Below, in pieces: positions 1-9,384 of a stretch of 64,000 nt of DNA. The stretch's first letter is position 1; each line of letters begins with the position of its first letter. The stretch spans positions 52,298-116,297 of the forward strand of contig JBPRGF010000033.1 of NCBI GenBank assembly GCA_051418015.1. Reading direction: 5' to 3'. The notes beneath the pieces are model-generated. The model made no database searches, was not told the origin of the DNA, and saw only the letters and a list, made by a program, of their open reading frames with translations. This stretch comes from Candidatus Nitrospinota bacterium M3_3B_026. GTDB taxonomy: Bacteria; Nitrospinota_A; UBA7883; JBPRGF01. A program made the translations under genes and the position numbers.

Positions 1-445
1 TCCTGTCAAGCCTCTCCGGGCCCAGGCTCTCCACGGGAAGTTTGTGGAGGACGCTTCGCAGTTTCTGCCTTGTCTTGAACACTTCTTCTCTTTCCTCCCC
101 CGTTTCCTCGAGCAGGGCCGCCAGCAGGTCCGCGGACATCAGCGCCGCCTCCAGGAAATGCTCCCCCTCCTTATCCACGAGGGGCGCAAGGGCCCGGACG
201 GCCTCCCTGCGCTCGCCCAGGGCCACGAGCTGTTTGGCGAGGACGAAACGCAGCCCCCGCTCCTCCGGTCTCGTCTCCACCCACAGCCTCAGGTATTCCG
301 TCGCGGCCCTGTCCCTCTCCCCGGAGGACCTGATCTTTTCGATCGCGCCCCGATGCGGAAAAACCAGGTACAAAGCCACGCCGAGCGCCACGAGGAAAAC
401 TGCCAGCGGCAGGGGCTTCAGGAGCTGAACGCGTTTCCCGGCCAC
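1..445 (-). CDS. pelB: PelB-like TPR/outer-membrane polysaccharide export protein, N-terminal part (runs off window)
   Basis: Not in ORF track; hand translation from GTG at 445: VAGKRVQLLKPLPLAVFLVALGVALYLVFPHRG...TEYLRLWVETRPEERGLRFVLAKQLVALG, open to base 1; TM anchor followed by TPR-like helices, directly downstream of pelA. Confidence 0.65.
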   Translation of the reverse strand, partial: MAGKRVQLLKPLPLAVFLVALGVALYLVFPHRGAIEKIRSSGERDRAATEYLRLWVETRPEERGLRFVLAKQLVALGERREAVRALAPLVDKEGEHFLEAALMSADLLAALLEETGEEREEVFKTRQKLRSVLHKLPVESLGPERLDR

Positions 446-502
446 CTGACGCGCCTTGCCGCCTGTTTGATAATCATTTTGTCTGCGTTAGCCCTCTTTG
501 CT

Positions 503-3277
503 TCACCGGCATTCAAGCCTCGCCTCGCCCGTGTCGCTGACGGGAAAACTGAAGGACTGGATCCCATCCGCCCCGCTGGACGCCAACTCTCCGCCGCGCC
601 ACGAGACCACGCAGCCTCCCGAAGCGCCGGCTATGGTCATCTTTACCGGTGAATGTCCCCTGAGCCGGAAATCGACAACGTTCCCTCTTTTTTCCCATTC
701 GGCGATCCCGGCGTTGGAGGAGTGAAGATACGGGACTCCGTTAGGTTTCTTATCCACCAGGTAAAGGTAAGCCGGGCTCTTTCCCGTGAGGTGGACGTAC
801 CGGCCCTGGGGAATGTCGCGGAACCCGGCTATCCCCGTCGAGCGGGCGAAGTCCGGCCATCCGGCGTTCTTGTCCACGCGGATAGTTCGAAGGCTCCCGA
901 TGCCGGTTATCCTCCATCCGCCGTCCGGCGTCTCGGCCACGCCGGTGGTCAAGAACCCTTTCACTTTCTCCACGTACTCGCTCGCCCAGACTGGGAAGGT
1001 CTCCTGTTTTTCCACCCACTCGTAAACCTTGACAAGCGCCTTGAGGCTGGCCGTCTTCGCGCCTGAATAGAAGTGATAGTAGATATCAATGGGTTTCAGG
1101 CGGCGCGGCGAGCCGGTCAGCTCCAGCGTTTCTATAACCTTTTCGAAGCCATAGAACGGGCCCGTCCAGAGGTTCGTGTAGACGTTTTCGTTCATGATCG
1201 GCGCGTAGGTCTGGAAACGCTCCCCCACGGGCCTGCCTATCGCGGAGACCCTGGTGAAGGTGTCCCGGTTCCTGGTTATCGTCGTGCTCCCGCCGTTGAT
1301 GTTGGCGAGGCCGAGTTCGTCGGCGAGTGCTACGGCGCGCTCGCCGGGCAGGGCGGCGCCAGTCCAGAGAAAAACCCTGACCTTTTTTCCCGGCGGCGCC
1401 AGCCGGGAGTTTATGTAGCCGACGGAGCCTTTTATCTCCCTTTCGATGTCAAGGGAGTAGCCGGGGATGTACAGGTTATACGTTTTGTCCTCTTCCCTTT
1501 CGCCGCCGCCCGAGCCGGGCCATATGAAAGGATGGCTGTATGAGTGGCTGGCGATCTCCACGTGGGGCATGGCGAAGATATCCCTCGCCGCCGCTTCGGC
1601 GCGGCCGGACGCCGCGGGATACAAGCCATATGGGGCCGTCTCGCCCTCGATTACGGAGACCGTGGCGGGATAGTCGTATCTGCTCAATATCCTGTCCCGG
1701 ATCACCTCTATCGCGAGAGGGCCGCCCGGCGCCTCGGAGGCGGTCACCGCGCCGTCGCCGTCGATATGGGTGAAAAGCAGCCGGCGCCCGTTTTCGGTGG
1801 TGACGTCGGGGGCGAGGGGAGGGGGCGGAAGGGCCAGAGACAGGAACCGGAAGGGGTCTATTATCCATCTCGACGCTCTCTCGAGGGTCGGCATCAGGAC
1901 GTATGGGTTCAGCGCCGCGCCGCCCCATGGCCCGGTGAACACAACATCAAAAACCCTCCCTTCGGCGTCCCGGGTGGAAAAATGGCTTGCCGTCCGCTCA
2001 CCGGACACCCGGTACCCGGCAAGCTCTCTCGTCCTGGGGATGATCGGCGCTTCGAACCCGGCCATGCCGCCGTTGTGGGCGACCGTGACCGGCTTCACTG
2101 GTTTCGAATTCACGGGGGTGACCCCGAGGCTTTTGAGCAGATCGTAGTCCGGCTCGAAACCGAGCGCCCCCAGCGCCGCCACCTTCACCCCGGATTCAAC
2201 CTGCCGCCGGAACCAGTCGTGGTACCTCGCCGCGTCGGGAAGGCCGGGAGAGTGGAACCATGAGACAACGCCCGCGTACCGCCCTTTGAGCTCATACTCA
2301 GGCAGACTGTCCTCGACGTCGAGATATTCCACGACATAGCCCATGCTCTCAAGAGGCATGGCCAGCAGCCTGTGGGCGGAGCTGCTTGCGAGACTCTGGG
2401 CTTCCCGCCCGTTGTATAGGACCAGGACGCGCCTCGGGCGCGGCTCGATTGCGCCCACACCGGCGTAATCCAGGCCCGGCGTGGCTATCCAGGGGATGAA
2501 ACCGTAGGACATGACACGCTTCGCCGCCTCCCGGGCAAGCTCGCGCCTCGAAGGCGGAAGGTAGTCTATGACTATCGCCGGGATTCCGTAAGCTTCCCTT
2601 ACCTCGTCCAGCCTGGCCTTCAGCCACTTGAAATCCTCCTCCGGGACTTCCCTGTAGACCCTGTTCACCTGGTCCCAGCCGTAAAGCAGGGATTCGGCGG
2701 CCACGGCGGCGGCGTGTTTGCCGGCCTTGTCGAGAATCTCGAAGCCCCTGTTGAATATGAGCTTGCCGCCGGGGAAGACGGCGTGGATCCGCTCGACAAG
2801 CTCCGCCAGCGCCTCCCGTTGCGCGGCGATCTGTTCCGGCTCCAGGGGCAGGGCCGTGTAGCTGTCCAGGGTGTCAAGGAAAAGACCGTCGAACCCGCGG
2901 TTTTTTATTTTCTCGGCCCGGTTCGTGACAAGCTCTATCCAGGCCGCGCTGGCCAGGTCGGGGATGTCGCTGTTCCATGCCTCGTTCGAGCCGATGAAAA
3001 CGGACGGGTCCACCTCGTCGCTCCACTCCTTGGAGCGGTCGGCCTCGCCCACGCTCAGGTAAGCGAACACGCTGGCGCCGGACGCTTTTATCCTTTCAAG
3101 CTCCTCCGCCGTGATGTTGTCGGCGTTCAGTACCACCCAATCGTACTGGGCCAGGATATCGGAGGGCGGGTTGGACGTGTAATAAAAAGCGACACTGGGG
3201 CCAGCCGCGGAAGCTGGTGGAACGAAAAGGAGCGCAACCAGCCCCGCGATCGTCCACAAGACGCCAACAGCCCGCAA
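503..3277 (-). CDS. pelA: PelA-like bifunctional glycoside hydrolase / polysaccharide deacetylase
   Basis: 924 aa, signal peptide; AYLSVGE, GFDGLFLDTLDSY and NRGFE (GH114/GH166-like); DVTTENGRRLLFTHIDGDG, EIASHSYSHPF and NENVYTNLWTGPFYGF (PelA deacetylase region). Confidence 0.9.
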   Translation of the reverse strand: MRAVGVLWTIAGLVALLFVPPASAAGPSVAFYYTSNPPSDILAQYDWVVLNADNITAEELERIKASGASVFAYLSVGEADRSKEWSDEVDPSVFIGSNEAWNSDIPDLASAAWIELVTNRAEKIKNRGFDGLFLDTLDSYTALPLEPEQIAAQREALAELVERIHAVFPGGKLIFNRGFEILDKAGKHAAAVAAESLLYGWDQVNRVYREVPEEDFKWLKARLDEVREAYGIPAIVIDYLPPSRRELAREAAKRVMSYGFIPWIATPGLDYAGVGAIEPRPRRVLVLYNGREAQSLASSSAHRLLAMPLESMGYVVEYLDVEDSLPEYELKGRYAGVVSWFHSPGLPDAARYHDWFRRQVESGVKVAALGALGFEPDYDLLKSLGVTPVNSKPVKPVTVAHNGGMAGFEAPIIPRTRELAGYRVSGERTASHFSTRDAEGRVFDVVFTGPWGGAALNPYVLMPTLERASRWIIDPFRFLSLALPPPPLAPDVTTENGRRLLFTHIDGDGAVTASEAPGGPLAIEVIRDRILSRYDYPATVSVIEGETAPYGLYPAASGRAEAAARDIFAMPHVEIASHSYSHPFIWPGSGGGEREEDKTYNLYIPGYSLDIEREIKGSVGYINSRLAPPGKKVRVFLWTGAALPGERAVALADELGLANINGGSTTITRNRDTFTRVSAIGRPVGERFQTYAPIMNENVYTNLWTGPFYGFEKVIETLELTGSPRRLKPIDIYYHFYSGAKTASLKALVKVYEWVEKQETFPVWASEYVEKVKGFLTTGVAETPDGGWRITGIGSLRTIRVDKNAGWPDFARSTGIAGFRDIPQGRYVHLTGKSPAYLYLVDKKPNGVPYLHSSNAGIAEWEKRGNVVDFRLRGHSPVKMTIAGASGGCVVSWRGGELASSGADGIQSFSFPVSDTGEARLECR

Positions 3278-3761
3278 GAAGGCCTTTTTTTCTTTCCCCG
3301 AATCCGGTTTTATTTGAAAATCTCCAGCAGCCTGTTTTTATAGCGGATCGCCATGGGAAGGCGACACGTCATTCCGGTGGCGGAGCGCTGCCAGCCGCCC
3401 ATTCCTTCCGGCGCCGAGGTATCGGCTTAAAAGCAAGATTCACGTTTGTCCCCAAGCCCTGTAACATTAGATACTATATAAATTTAACTTTTGTCAAAAA
3501 TTTCACTTGATTGAAAGTCCTGTAACAACAAAGATAACACGCGCCGGACGCCCGCGCCAAACAACACGCCGGTTCGCTACGCGAGACCTGGCGCTTGCGC
3601 CAAAGAGGAGTCCGCAGGCGAAAAGAGGTTTTTCTTTCCTGGTTTTACTGCCCATCACTCACCCTCCGTCGCCTGCGCGTAGCTTGAGGACAAGTGAGGA
3701 CAAGAATCCCGTTTACAGAAACCTTTATCTTGTGTAGTGTAAACTCTTGTGTATTAAAGCC

Positions 3762-3839
3762 GCGCCCGTAGCTCAGCCCGGATAGAGCGTCAGATTGCGG
3801 TTCTGAAGGTCACAGGTTCGAGTCCTGTCGGGCGCGCCA
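3762..3839 (+). tRNA. tRNA-Arg, anticodon GCG
   Basis: Acceptor stem GCGCCCG/CGGGCGC, D arm GCTC..GAGC, anticodon stem TCAGA/TCTGA with loop TT-GCG-GT (3797-3799), T loop GTTCGAGTC, encoded CCA. Confidence 0.95.
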
Positions 3840-3948
3840 ATTTTACAAAGACCGCCTGTTCGCGATTCCGCGAAAAACTGGAACAGTCGTTCTCCTCCAC
3901 CTTCATGAAGCCGTCGTGGCTATTATGGAATCGACCCTCTCCTTTCGC

Positions 3949-4542
3949 TCAGCCCACCCTGGGGCCGCGCTTGGACAGGCCCGCCGTCAGCGCAAGCCGC
4001 ATGGCGTCCTCCACGGGGATGTCCACCGGTTGAGTGCTGGAACGCGGCAGGTACAGCGTGTACCCCCCGACCTGGTAGCTCATGGGAAGGTAGACCGCCA
4101 CGGTGTCGCCCTCACCGGCCAGCTCCTTTGGAGAATCCACCTTCTCGCGGGTCAGGAAGCCGATCATGCGCGCCTCGCCGATGGAGACCATGACGACGTT
4201 CTCCAGGCCGCCCTCCTGGGAGACGGAAAAGTAGTCCATGAAATCCCGCAACGCGCCGTAGATGGATTTGACCAGCGGGATCCTCTCCAGCATGGCCTCG
4301 CCCGTTTCGATCACCCGGCGGACGATCCATGCGTTGACCATCAGCCCCGCCGCGAACAGCGCCGCCATCCCGGCCAGCAGCCCCATGCCGGGGACATAGT
4401 ATTCGTCGGGGACGGTGAAGGAGATCACGGGCCGCAGGATCCTCTCGAGCGAAACCCCAAGCCAGTAGATGAGGTAAAAGGTCAGCCCGACCGGCAGGAT
4501 GGCGGCCAGGCCCTTCAGCAGTATGTTCCATACGGATCGCAT
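3949..4542 (-). CDS. DUF502 family membrane protein
   Basis: GLAAILPVGLT, ERIPLVKSIYG, IGFLT, VAVYLPMSYQVGGY, PVEDAMRLALTAG; start chosen at MRSVWN after GGAGA. Confidence 0.85.
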   Translation of the reverse strand: MRSVWNILLKGLAAILPVGLTFYLIYWLGVSLERILRPVISFTVPDEYYVPGMGLLAGMAALFAAGLMVNAWIVRRVIETGEAMLERIPLVKSIYGALRDFMDYFSVSQEGGLENVVMVSIGEARMIGFLTREKVDSPKELAGEGDTVAVYLPMSYQVGGYTLYLPRSSTQPVDIPVEDAMRLALTAGLSKRGPRVG

Positions 4543-4751
4543 ATAGATGTCTCCCGTTCGTTTGCCGTTTAAGCGCGCCTGGCCGCATGGCCCAGGTCGC
4601 ATAGTGAGATTTTACAGTGAACCCGGCGGGGAGCGCCAACCCGGCGCGCCGGGCGTGATAACATGTGCGCCATGAGCTTCGAGGCGGGCGCTGGACCTGC
4701 GCGCGCGGCGCATAATCTATGTGCGTTCCCGCGGAAGGGGGCTGGAGGATT

Positions 4752-7445
4752 ATGACTGAGCCGTACCTTGCGCAGGCGGAGAGCGTCCTAACCGAACACG
4801 GTGTCGAGCCCGGGCGCGGCCTCTCCGGCAAGGAGGCCCGCCGCCGACTGTCGCGCCACGGCCCGAACAGCCTGCGCCGCAAACCCCGCAGGTCGGCTTT
4901 TCGCATCCTGCTGGACCAGGTTGAAAGCCCGATGACCATGCTGCTCGCCGCGGCGGCCGGGGTCGCCCTGCTGATGGTGGACCTGGCCGAGGCGGCCGCC
5001 ATCCTCGTGGTCATAGTCATAAACTCTGCTATAGGATTTTTCACCGAGCTGAAGGCCACCCGCTCCATGGAGGCCCTGTACAGCCTTGGGAAGGCGATGG
5101 CGCGCGTCCGCCGCGGCGGCCGGATACTTGAAATACCGGCGGAACGGCTGGTTCCTGGAGACATCGTGATAGTCGAGGGGGGAGACGTCGTCACGGCGGA
5201 TATGCGGCTTTTCCAGGCGTCGAGGCTCCAGGCCGACGAGTCCGCCTTGACAGGAGAGTCGGTCCCCGTCGGCAAGTCCATAGAGCCCGTGGAGGAGGGG
5301 GCGCCCCTGGCCGAGCGGTCCTGCATACTCTACAAAGGGACCGCCGTAACCCGCGGCTCCGGCGAGGGAGTCGTGACGGCGACGGGGCTTGCCTCCGAGC
5401 TCGGGAAGATATCATCGCTGGTGGAGAAGACCGGCGAGACCGCCACGCCGCTTGAGCGAAGGTTGGAGAGCTTCGGTAAAAAGCTTATCTGGGTCGCCTT
5501 GGGGCTGGCGGCCGCCCTGGCCGTTATCGGCGTGGCGGCGGGGCGCGAGACGGGGCTGATGCTGGAGACGGTGATAGCTCTGGCCGTCGCCGCCGTGCCG
5601 GAGGGGCTGCCTGTCGTGGCGACGATAGCCCTGGCGCGCGGGATGTGGCGCATGGCCCGCAGGAACGCTCTCATCAACCGTCTCTCCGCCGTCGAGACCC
5701 TCGGCGGGGTGGAGGTGATCCTCGTGGACAAGACAGGCACCCTTACGGAAAACCGGATGTCCGTGGCCCGGTTGTCGCTGCCATCCGGGGAATACGAGGC
5801 GAAGGATGGAAAATTCGAAAAAGGCGGTGAGACCGTGGATACCTCCGAAGGCGCGGCTCTGCGTGAGGCGCTGGAGATCGGGGCGCTTTGCAACAATGCC
5901 GAGTGGGGCGCGCAGGAGGAAGGCGGACGGCCCCGGGTGGTGGGAGACCCCCTGGAGGCGGCCCTGCTGGAGGCGGCCTCCTGGGCCGGGATAGACCGCG
6001 CCGGGCTCATCCGCGCCATGCCTGAGGAGCGGGAGGAGGCTTTCGACACGGCGGCGAGGATGATGGCGACGTTCCACCGGGCGGAGGGGGCGTTCCGCGT
6101 CGCCGTCAAGGGCGGGCCGGAGGAGGTCCTGGCCGCTAGCGCGAGGATCCGCGACGGAGAAGGCGAAAGGGCCCTCGGTGAGGACGAGCGAAGGGAATGG
6201 CTGGAGCGCAACGAGGCGATGGCGCGGGGTGGGCTGCGGGTGCTTGCCCTGGCCGCGAAGAACGTGGACGATGTCAACGCCGGGCCATACGACGATCTTG
6301 TGTTCCTGGGGCTTGTGGGGCTTGCGGATCCGCCTCGAAAAGGCGTCCGGGACGCGCTTGAAAAGTGCGGGACGGCCGGCGTCCGCGTCGTGATGGCGAC
6401 GGGGGACCAGCCGGAGACGGCCCGCCATATAGCCCGTGCCGTGGGGCTGACGGACATGGAGGACGCCGCGGTAATCTCCGGCCGGGATATCCGGCCTCTT
6501 GAAAACCTTTCGGAGAAGGAGCGCGAGCGCCTGCGCGCCGCCTCGATCCTGGCGCGAGTCAGCCCGGAGCAGAAGCTCGACCTGGTTGACATCCACCAGC
6601 GGGGCGGGGCCACCGTCGCCATGACCGGCGACGGGGTGAACGACGCCCCGGCGCTGAAGAAGGCGGACATCGGCATAGCCATGGGGTTGCGGGGCACGCA
6701 GGTGGCCCGGGAGGCGGCGGACATGACGTTGAAAGACGACGCGTTCGAAAGCATCGTCGCCGCCATCGAGCAGGGGCGCGTCATATTCGACAACATACGC
6801 AAATTCGTCCTCTACCTGCTCTCCTGCAACGTAAGCGAGGTGTTCGTCGTGGCGATCGCCACGGTGATGAACGCTCCGCTGCCCATTCTGCCGTTGCAGA
6901 TTCTATTTCTGAACCTCGTGACGGACGTCTTCCCCGCGCTGGCCCTCGGCGTGGGCCCGGGCGACCCGGCTATCATGCGCCGCCCTCCCCGCCCGGCGGG
7001 GGAGGACATACTGACCCGCGGCCATTGGGCCGCCATCATGGGTTACGGGGCGCTCATAACCGCCGCCACGCTCGGCGCGTTCGCTTTCGCGCTGGCTCGG
7101 CCTGGGATGGATGAGTCCGGCGCCGTGACGGTGGCGTTTCTCACGCTGGCGTTTTCGCAGCTCTGGAACGTGTTCAACATGCGGTCGAAAGAGTCCGGCC
7201 TCTTTTTAAACGACATCACCCGCAATCCGTGGGTATGGGGCGCGCTGGGGCTCTGCGCCGCGCTGCTGGCCGCCGCCGTATACGTCCCGCGGCTGTCCGC
7301 CGCGTTGTCCGCCCCCCCGCCGGACGCCGTGGGCTGGCTTGCCGTGATGGGTTTTTCCGCCCTGCCCTTTATCCTCGGCCAGGGATGGATATTCCTTTCG
7401 GGAAGGCTTCGCCGTCCCGCCGCTCGCACCGCCGCGGGGCGCTGA
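4752..7445 (+). CDS. Cation-transporting P-type ATPase (type II, Ca2+/Na+-like)
   Basis: LTGES, AVPEGLP, DKTGTLT, TGDGVNDAPALKKADIG, NLVTD; GGAGG before MTEPYL. Confidence 0.93.
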   Translation: MTEPYLAQAESVLTEHGVEPGRGLSGKEARRRLSRHGPNSLRRKPRRSAFRILLDQVESPMTMLLAAAAGVALLMVDLAEAAAILVVIVINSAIGFFTELKATRSMEALYSLGKAMARVRRGGRILEIPAERLVPGDIVIVEGGDVVTADMRLFQASRLQADESALTGESVPVGKSIEPVEEGAPLAERSCILYKGTAVTRGSGEGVVTATGLASELGKISSLVEKTGETATPLERRLESFGKKLIWVALGLAAALAVIGVAAGRETGLMLETVIALAVAAVPEGLPVVATIALARGMWRMARRNALINRLSAVETLGGVEVILVDKTGTLTENRMSVARLSLPSGEYEAKDGKFEKGGETVDTSEGAALREALEIGALCNNAEWGAQEEGGRPRVVGDPLEAALLEAASWAGIDRAGLIRAMPEEREEAFDTAARMMATFHRAEGAFRVAVKGGPEEVLAASARIRDGEGERALGEDERREWLERNEAMARGGLRVLALAAKNVDDVNAGPYDDLVFLGLVGLADPPRKGVRDALEKCGTAGVRVVMATGDQPETARHIARAVGLTDMEDAAVISGRDIRPLENLSEKERERLRAASILARVSPEQKLDLVDIHQRGGATVAMTGDGVNDAPALKKADIGIAMGLRGTQVAREAADMTLKDDAFESIVAAIEQGRVIFDNIRKFVLYLLSCNVSEVFVVAIATVMNAPLPILPLQILFLNLVTDVFPALALGVGPGDPAIMRRPPRPAGEDILTRGHWAAIMGYGALITAATLGAFAFALARPGMDESGAVTVAFLTLAFSQLWNVFNMRSKESGLFLNDITRNPWVWGALGLCAALLAAAVYVPRLSAALSAPPPDAVGWLAVMGFSALPFILGQGWIFLSGRLRRPAARTAAGR

Positions 7446-7499
7446 TGTTATAAAAGCTGGCAAAAGAAATGATGTTTTATTAAACTGTGCCCCTCCGGG

Positions 7500-8582
7500 T
7501 TGACCGGGTTCAACAAGTCTATCGAGTTCAAAGTGAGCGATATCGAAAACGCCGCCACGCCCGTCAAAGCGCTGGTTGTGGACGACGAGGTGATAACCTG
7601 CGACCTCCTGTCGCGGTACCTCAGGAAGGAAGGCTACGAGGCCGAAGTGGTCAACGACGGCGTCGCCGCCGTGGAGCGGGTAAAGGAAGGCGGCGTGGAC
7701 GTGGTCCTGCTGGATATCCGTATGCCCGGCCTGAGCGGCGTCGAGGCGCTGAAGGTGATAAGGAGCATCGACGAGGAGGTCGTGGTCATCATGCTGACGG
7801 CGGTAGACGACGTGGACACCGCCCTGGAGACCGTGCGGGAGGGCGCGGACGAGTACCTGAGAAAACCGCTGATGCTGCCGGACCTGAAGCGCGCCATAAC
7901 AACCGCCATGGAGAAAAAGAGGCTGCGGCGGGAGAACCAGGAGTACCAGAAACGGCTCGAGGACAAGGTGGCCGAGCAGACCTCCGAGCTGCGGGAGATG
8001 AACGTCTACCTGAAAGAGTCGTGCGTAAAAATCGTGCGCGCGCTGTCGGAGGCGATAGAGGCCAAGGACCCTTATACGAAGGGCCATTGCCGCAGGGTCA
8101 CGGAGCTTTCGCTGCGCCTTGGCGGACAGATCGGCCTTTCCGCCGAGGAGATGGAGGCGCTGGAGTACGGCGCGCTGCTCCACGATATCGGCAAGATCGG
8201 CGTGCGGGACTCCGTCCTGGGCAAGCCGGGGAGGCTGACCGAGGAGGAGTACGAGCACATCAAGCAACACCCCGTCATAGGCGACAGCATAGTCGGAGGT
8301 ATAGACTATTTGAAGCTCGCCGCAAGCGTCATCAGGAATCACCACGAGCGATACGACGGGAAGGGGTATCCCGACGGGCTGGACGGATCCAAGCTCAGCG
8401 CCCTGCCGAAGATATTGGTCATAACCGACGCTTTCGACGCCATGACAAGCCCCCGCCCGTACCGCGGCGGGATGTCCACGGAGAGGGCGTTGTCTGTCCT
8501 GAGGGAGGAGAGCGGGGCGCAGTTCGACCCGGAGCTCGTGGAGCTTTTTATAGAGAAGAAGCTCTATAAGCTGGACGTCTGA
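7500..8582 (+). CDS. Response regulator with HD-GYP (c-di-GMP phosphodiesterase) output
   Basis: REC (LVVDDE, LLDIRMPG, KP) plus LLHDIGKIG and HHERYDGKGYPDGL; start uncertain (TTG 7500 or GTG 7533). Confidence 0.9.
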   Translation: MTGFNKSIEFKVSDIENAATPVKALVVDDEVITCDLLSRYLRKEGYEAEVVNDGVAAVERVKEGGVDVVLLDIRMPGLSGVEALKVIRSIDEEVVVIMLTAVDDVDTALETVREGADEYLRKPLMLPDLKRAITTAMEKKRLRRENQEYQKRLEDKVAEQTSELREMNVYLKESCVKIVRALSEAIEAKDPYTKGHCRRVTELSLRLGGQIGLSAEEMEALEYGALLHDIGKIGVRDSVLGKPGRLTEEEYEHIKQHPVIGDSIVGGIDYLKLAASVIRNHHERYDGKGYPDGLDGSKLSALPKILVITDAFDAMTSPRPYRGGMSTERALSVLREESGAQFDPELVELFIEKKLYKLDV

Positions 8583-8635
8583 AAGACGGCTGCCTCGTGT
8601 TCCTGGCAACGCGCCGGTTTGGAAAAAACAAATCA

Positions 8636-8670
8636 AGATCCTTCAGTGCGCTCCGCTCGTTCAGGATGAC
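8636..8670. repeat. Half copy of the GTCAT...ATGAC palindromic repeat family
   Basis: AGATCCTTCAGTGCGCTCCGCTCGTTCAGGATGAC resembles the right arm GATGCTTCGCTTCGCTCAGCATGAC of the repeats at 41024-41511. Confidence 0.55.
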
Positions 8671-8831
8671 GAGAGTGGGGGGGGCCTGAAGGCGTCGGCG
8701 AATAATTTCAAACTGACGCACAGCTTTGTTCCTCACGCCCGCCGCCGTGGTTTCGCGTCTGGCGCCTCCGCAAAGTTGGTGGAAATCTGATAATGTGTTG
8801 TCTCCACTTCGAGCAATTGCAGCCTGAAGAG

Positions 8832-9329
8832 ATGAGCCGGAAAGACAGATTCGAGCGATACGTGGCGCCGCATTCCGAAAGGCTTTTCCTGTCCGCCCTG
8901 CGCCTTACCGGGAACAGTTTTGACGCGGAGGACCTGATGCAGGATACCCTGTACAGGGCCTACAAGAACATCGACAAGCTCAAAGACCCCGTCAATCCCG
9001 CGGGCTGGCTTTTCACGATAATGAAAAACGTCCATCTGAACGATATCAGGGCGAGCCGCCGCCGCGAGGCGCCACTTTACAACGAGGAGCGGGTGGCGAT
9101 GATACCTGACACCGCCGCTGGGGACCCCGTGGACGAGATGTCGGACGCGCTGGGAGCCCTGCCCGATGAGGCAAGGGCGATACTCGTGGCGCGGGAGGTT
9201 CAAGGGCTTGATTATAATGAGATAGCCGAAAGTTTTGGCCTGCCCCTCGGCACGGTGAAAAGCAGGATCAAGAGAGCGCGGGAGAAGCTGCGGGAAATCT
9301 GGCTGGAGACGGCGAAAAAAAGGGGCTGA
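8832..9329 (+). CDS. ECF (sigma-70 group 4) RNA polymerase sigma factor
   Basis: DAEDLMQDT, WLFTIMKN (region 2); GLDYNEIAESFGLPLGTVKSRIKRAR (region 4). Confidence 0.92.
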   Translation: MSRKDRFERYVAPHSERLFLSALRLTGNSFDAEDLMQDTLYRAYKNIDKLKDPVNPAGWLFTIMKNVHLNDIRASRRREAPLYNEERVAMIPDTAAGDPVDEMSDALGALPDEARAILVAREVQGLDYNEIAESFGLPLGTVKSRIKRAREKLREIWLETAKKRG

Positions 9330-9333
9330 CAGC

Positions 9334-9362
9334 GGAACTTTTCGCCTGCTTGGGGTGTTTTA
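9334..9362 (+). promoter_or_regulatory. Putative ECF (sigmaE-like) promoter in front of the anti-sigma gene
   Basis: GGAACTT-N16-GTTTTA, close to the GGAACTT-N16-GTCTAA-type consensus. Confidence 0.5.
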
Positions 9363-9384
9363 TAGTGCAAAAGGGCATTGAAAA

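Noticed and set aside
3290-3460. c-di-GMP or cobalamin riboswitch upstream of pelA
   Set aside because: Some GC-rich pairing and a GGGAAGGC word are present, but I could not find the conserved cores on the pelA strand; an Rfam scan would settle it.
3762-3950. tRNA as an integration site for a genomic island
   Set aside because: No duplicate of the tRNA 3' end and no integrase seen in the window; composition downstream is unchanged.
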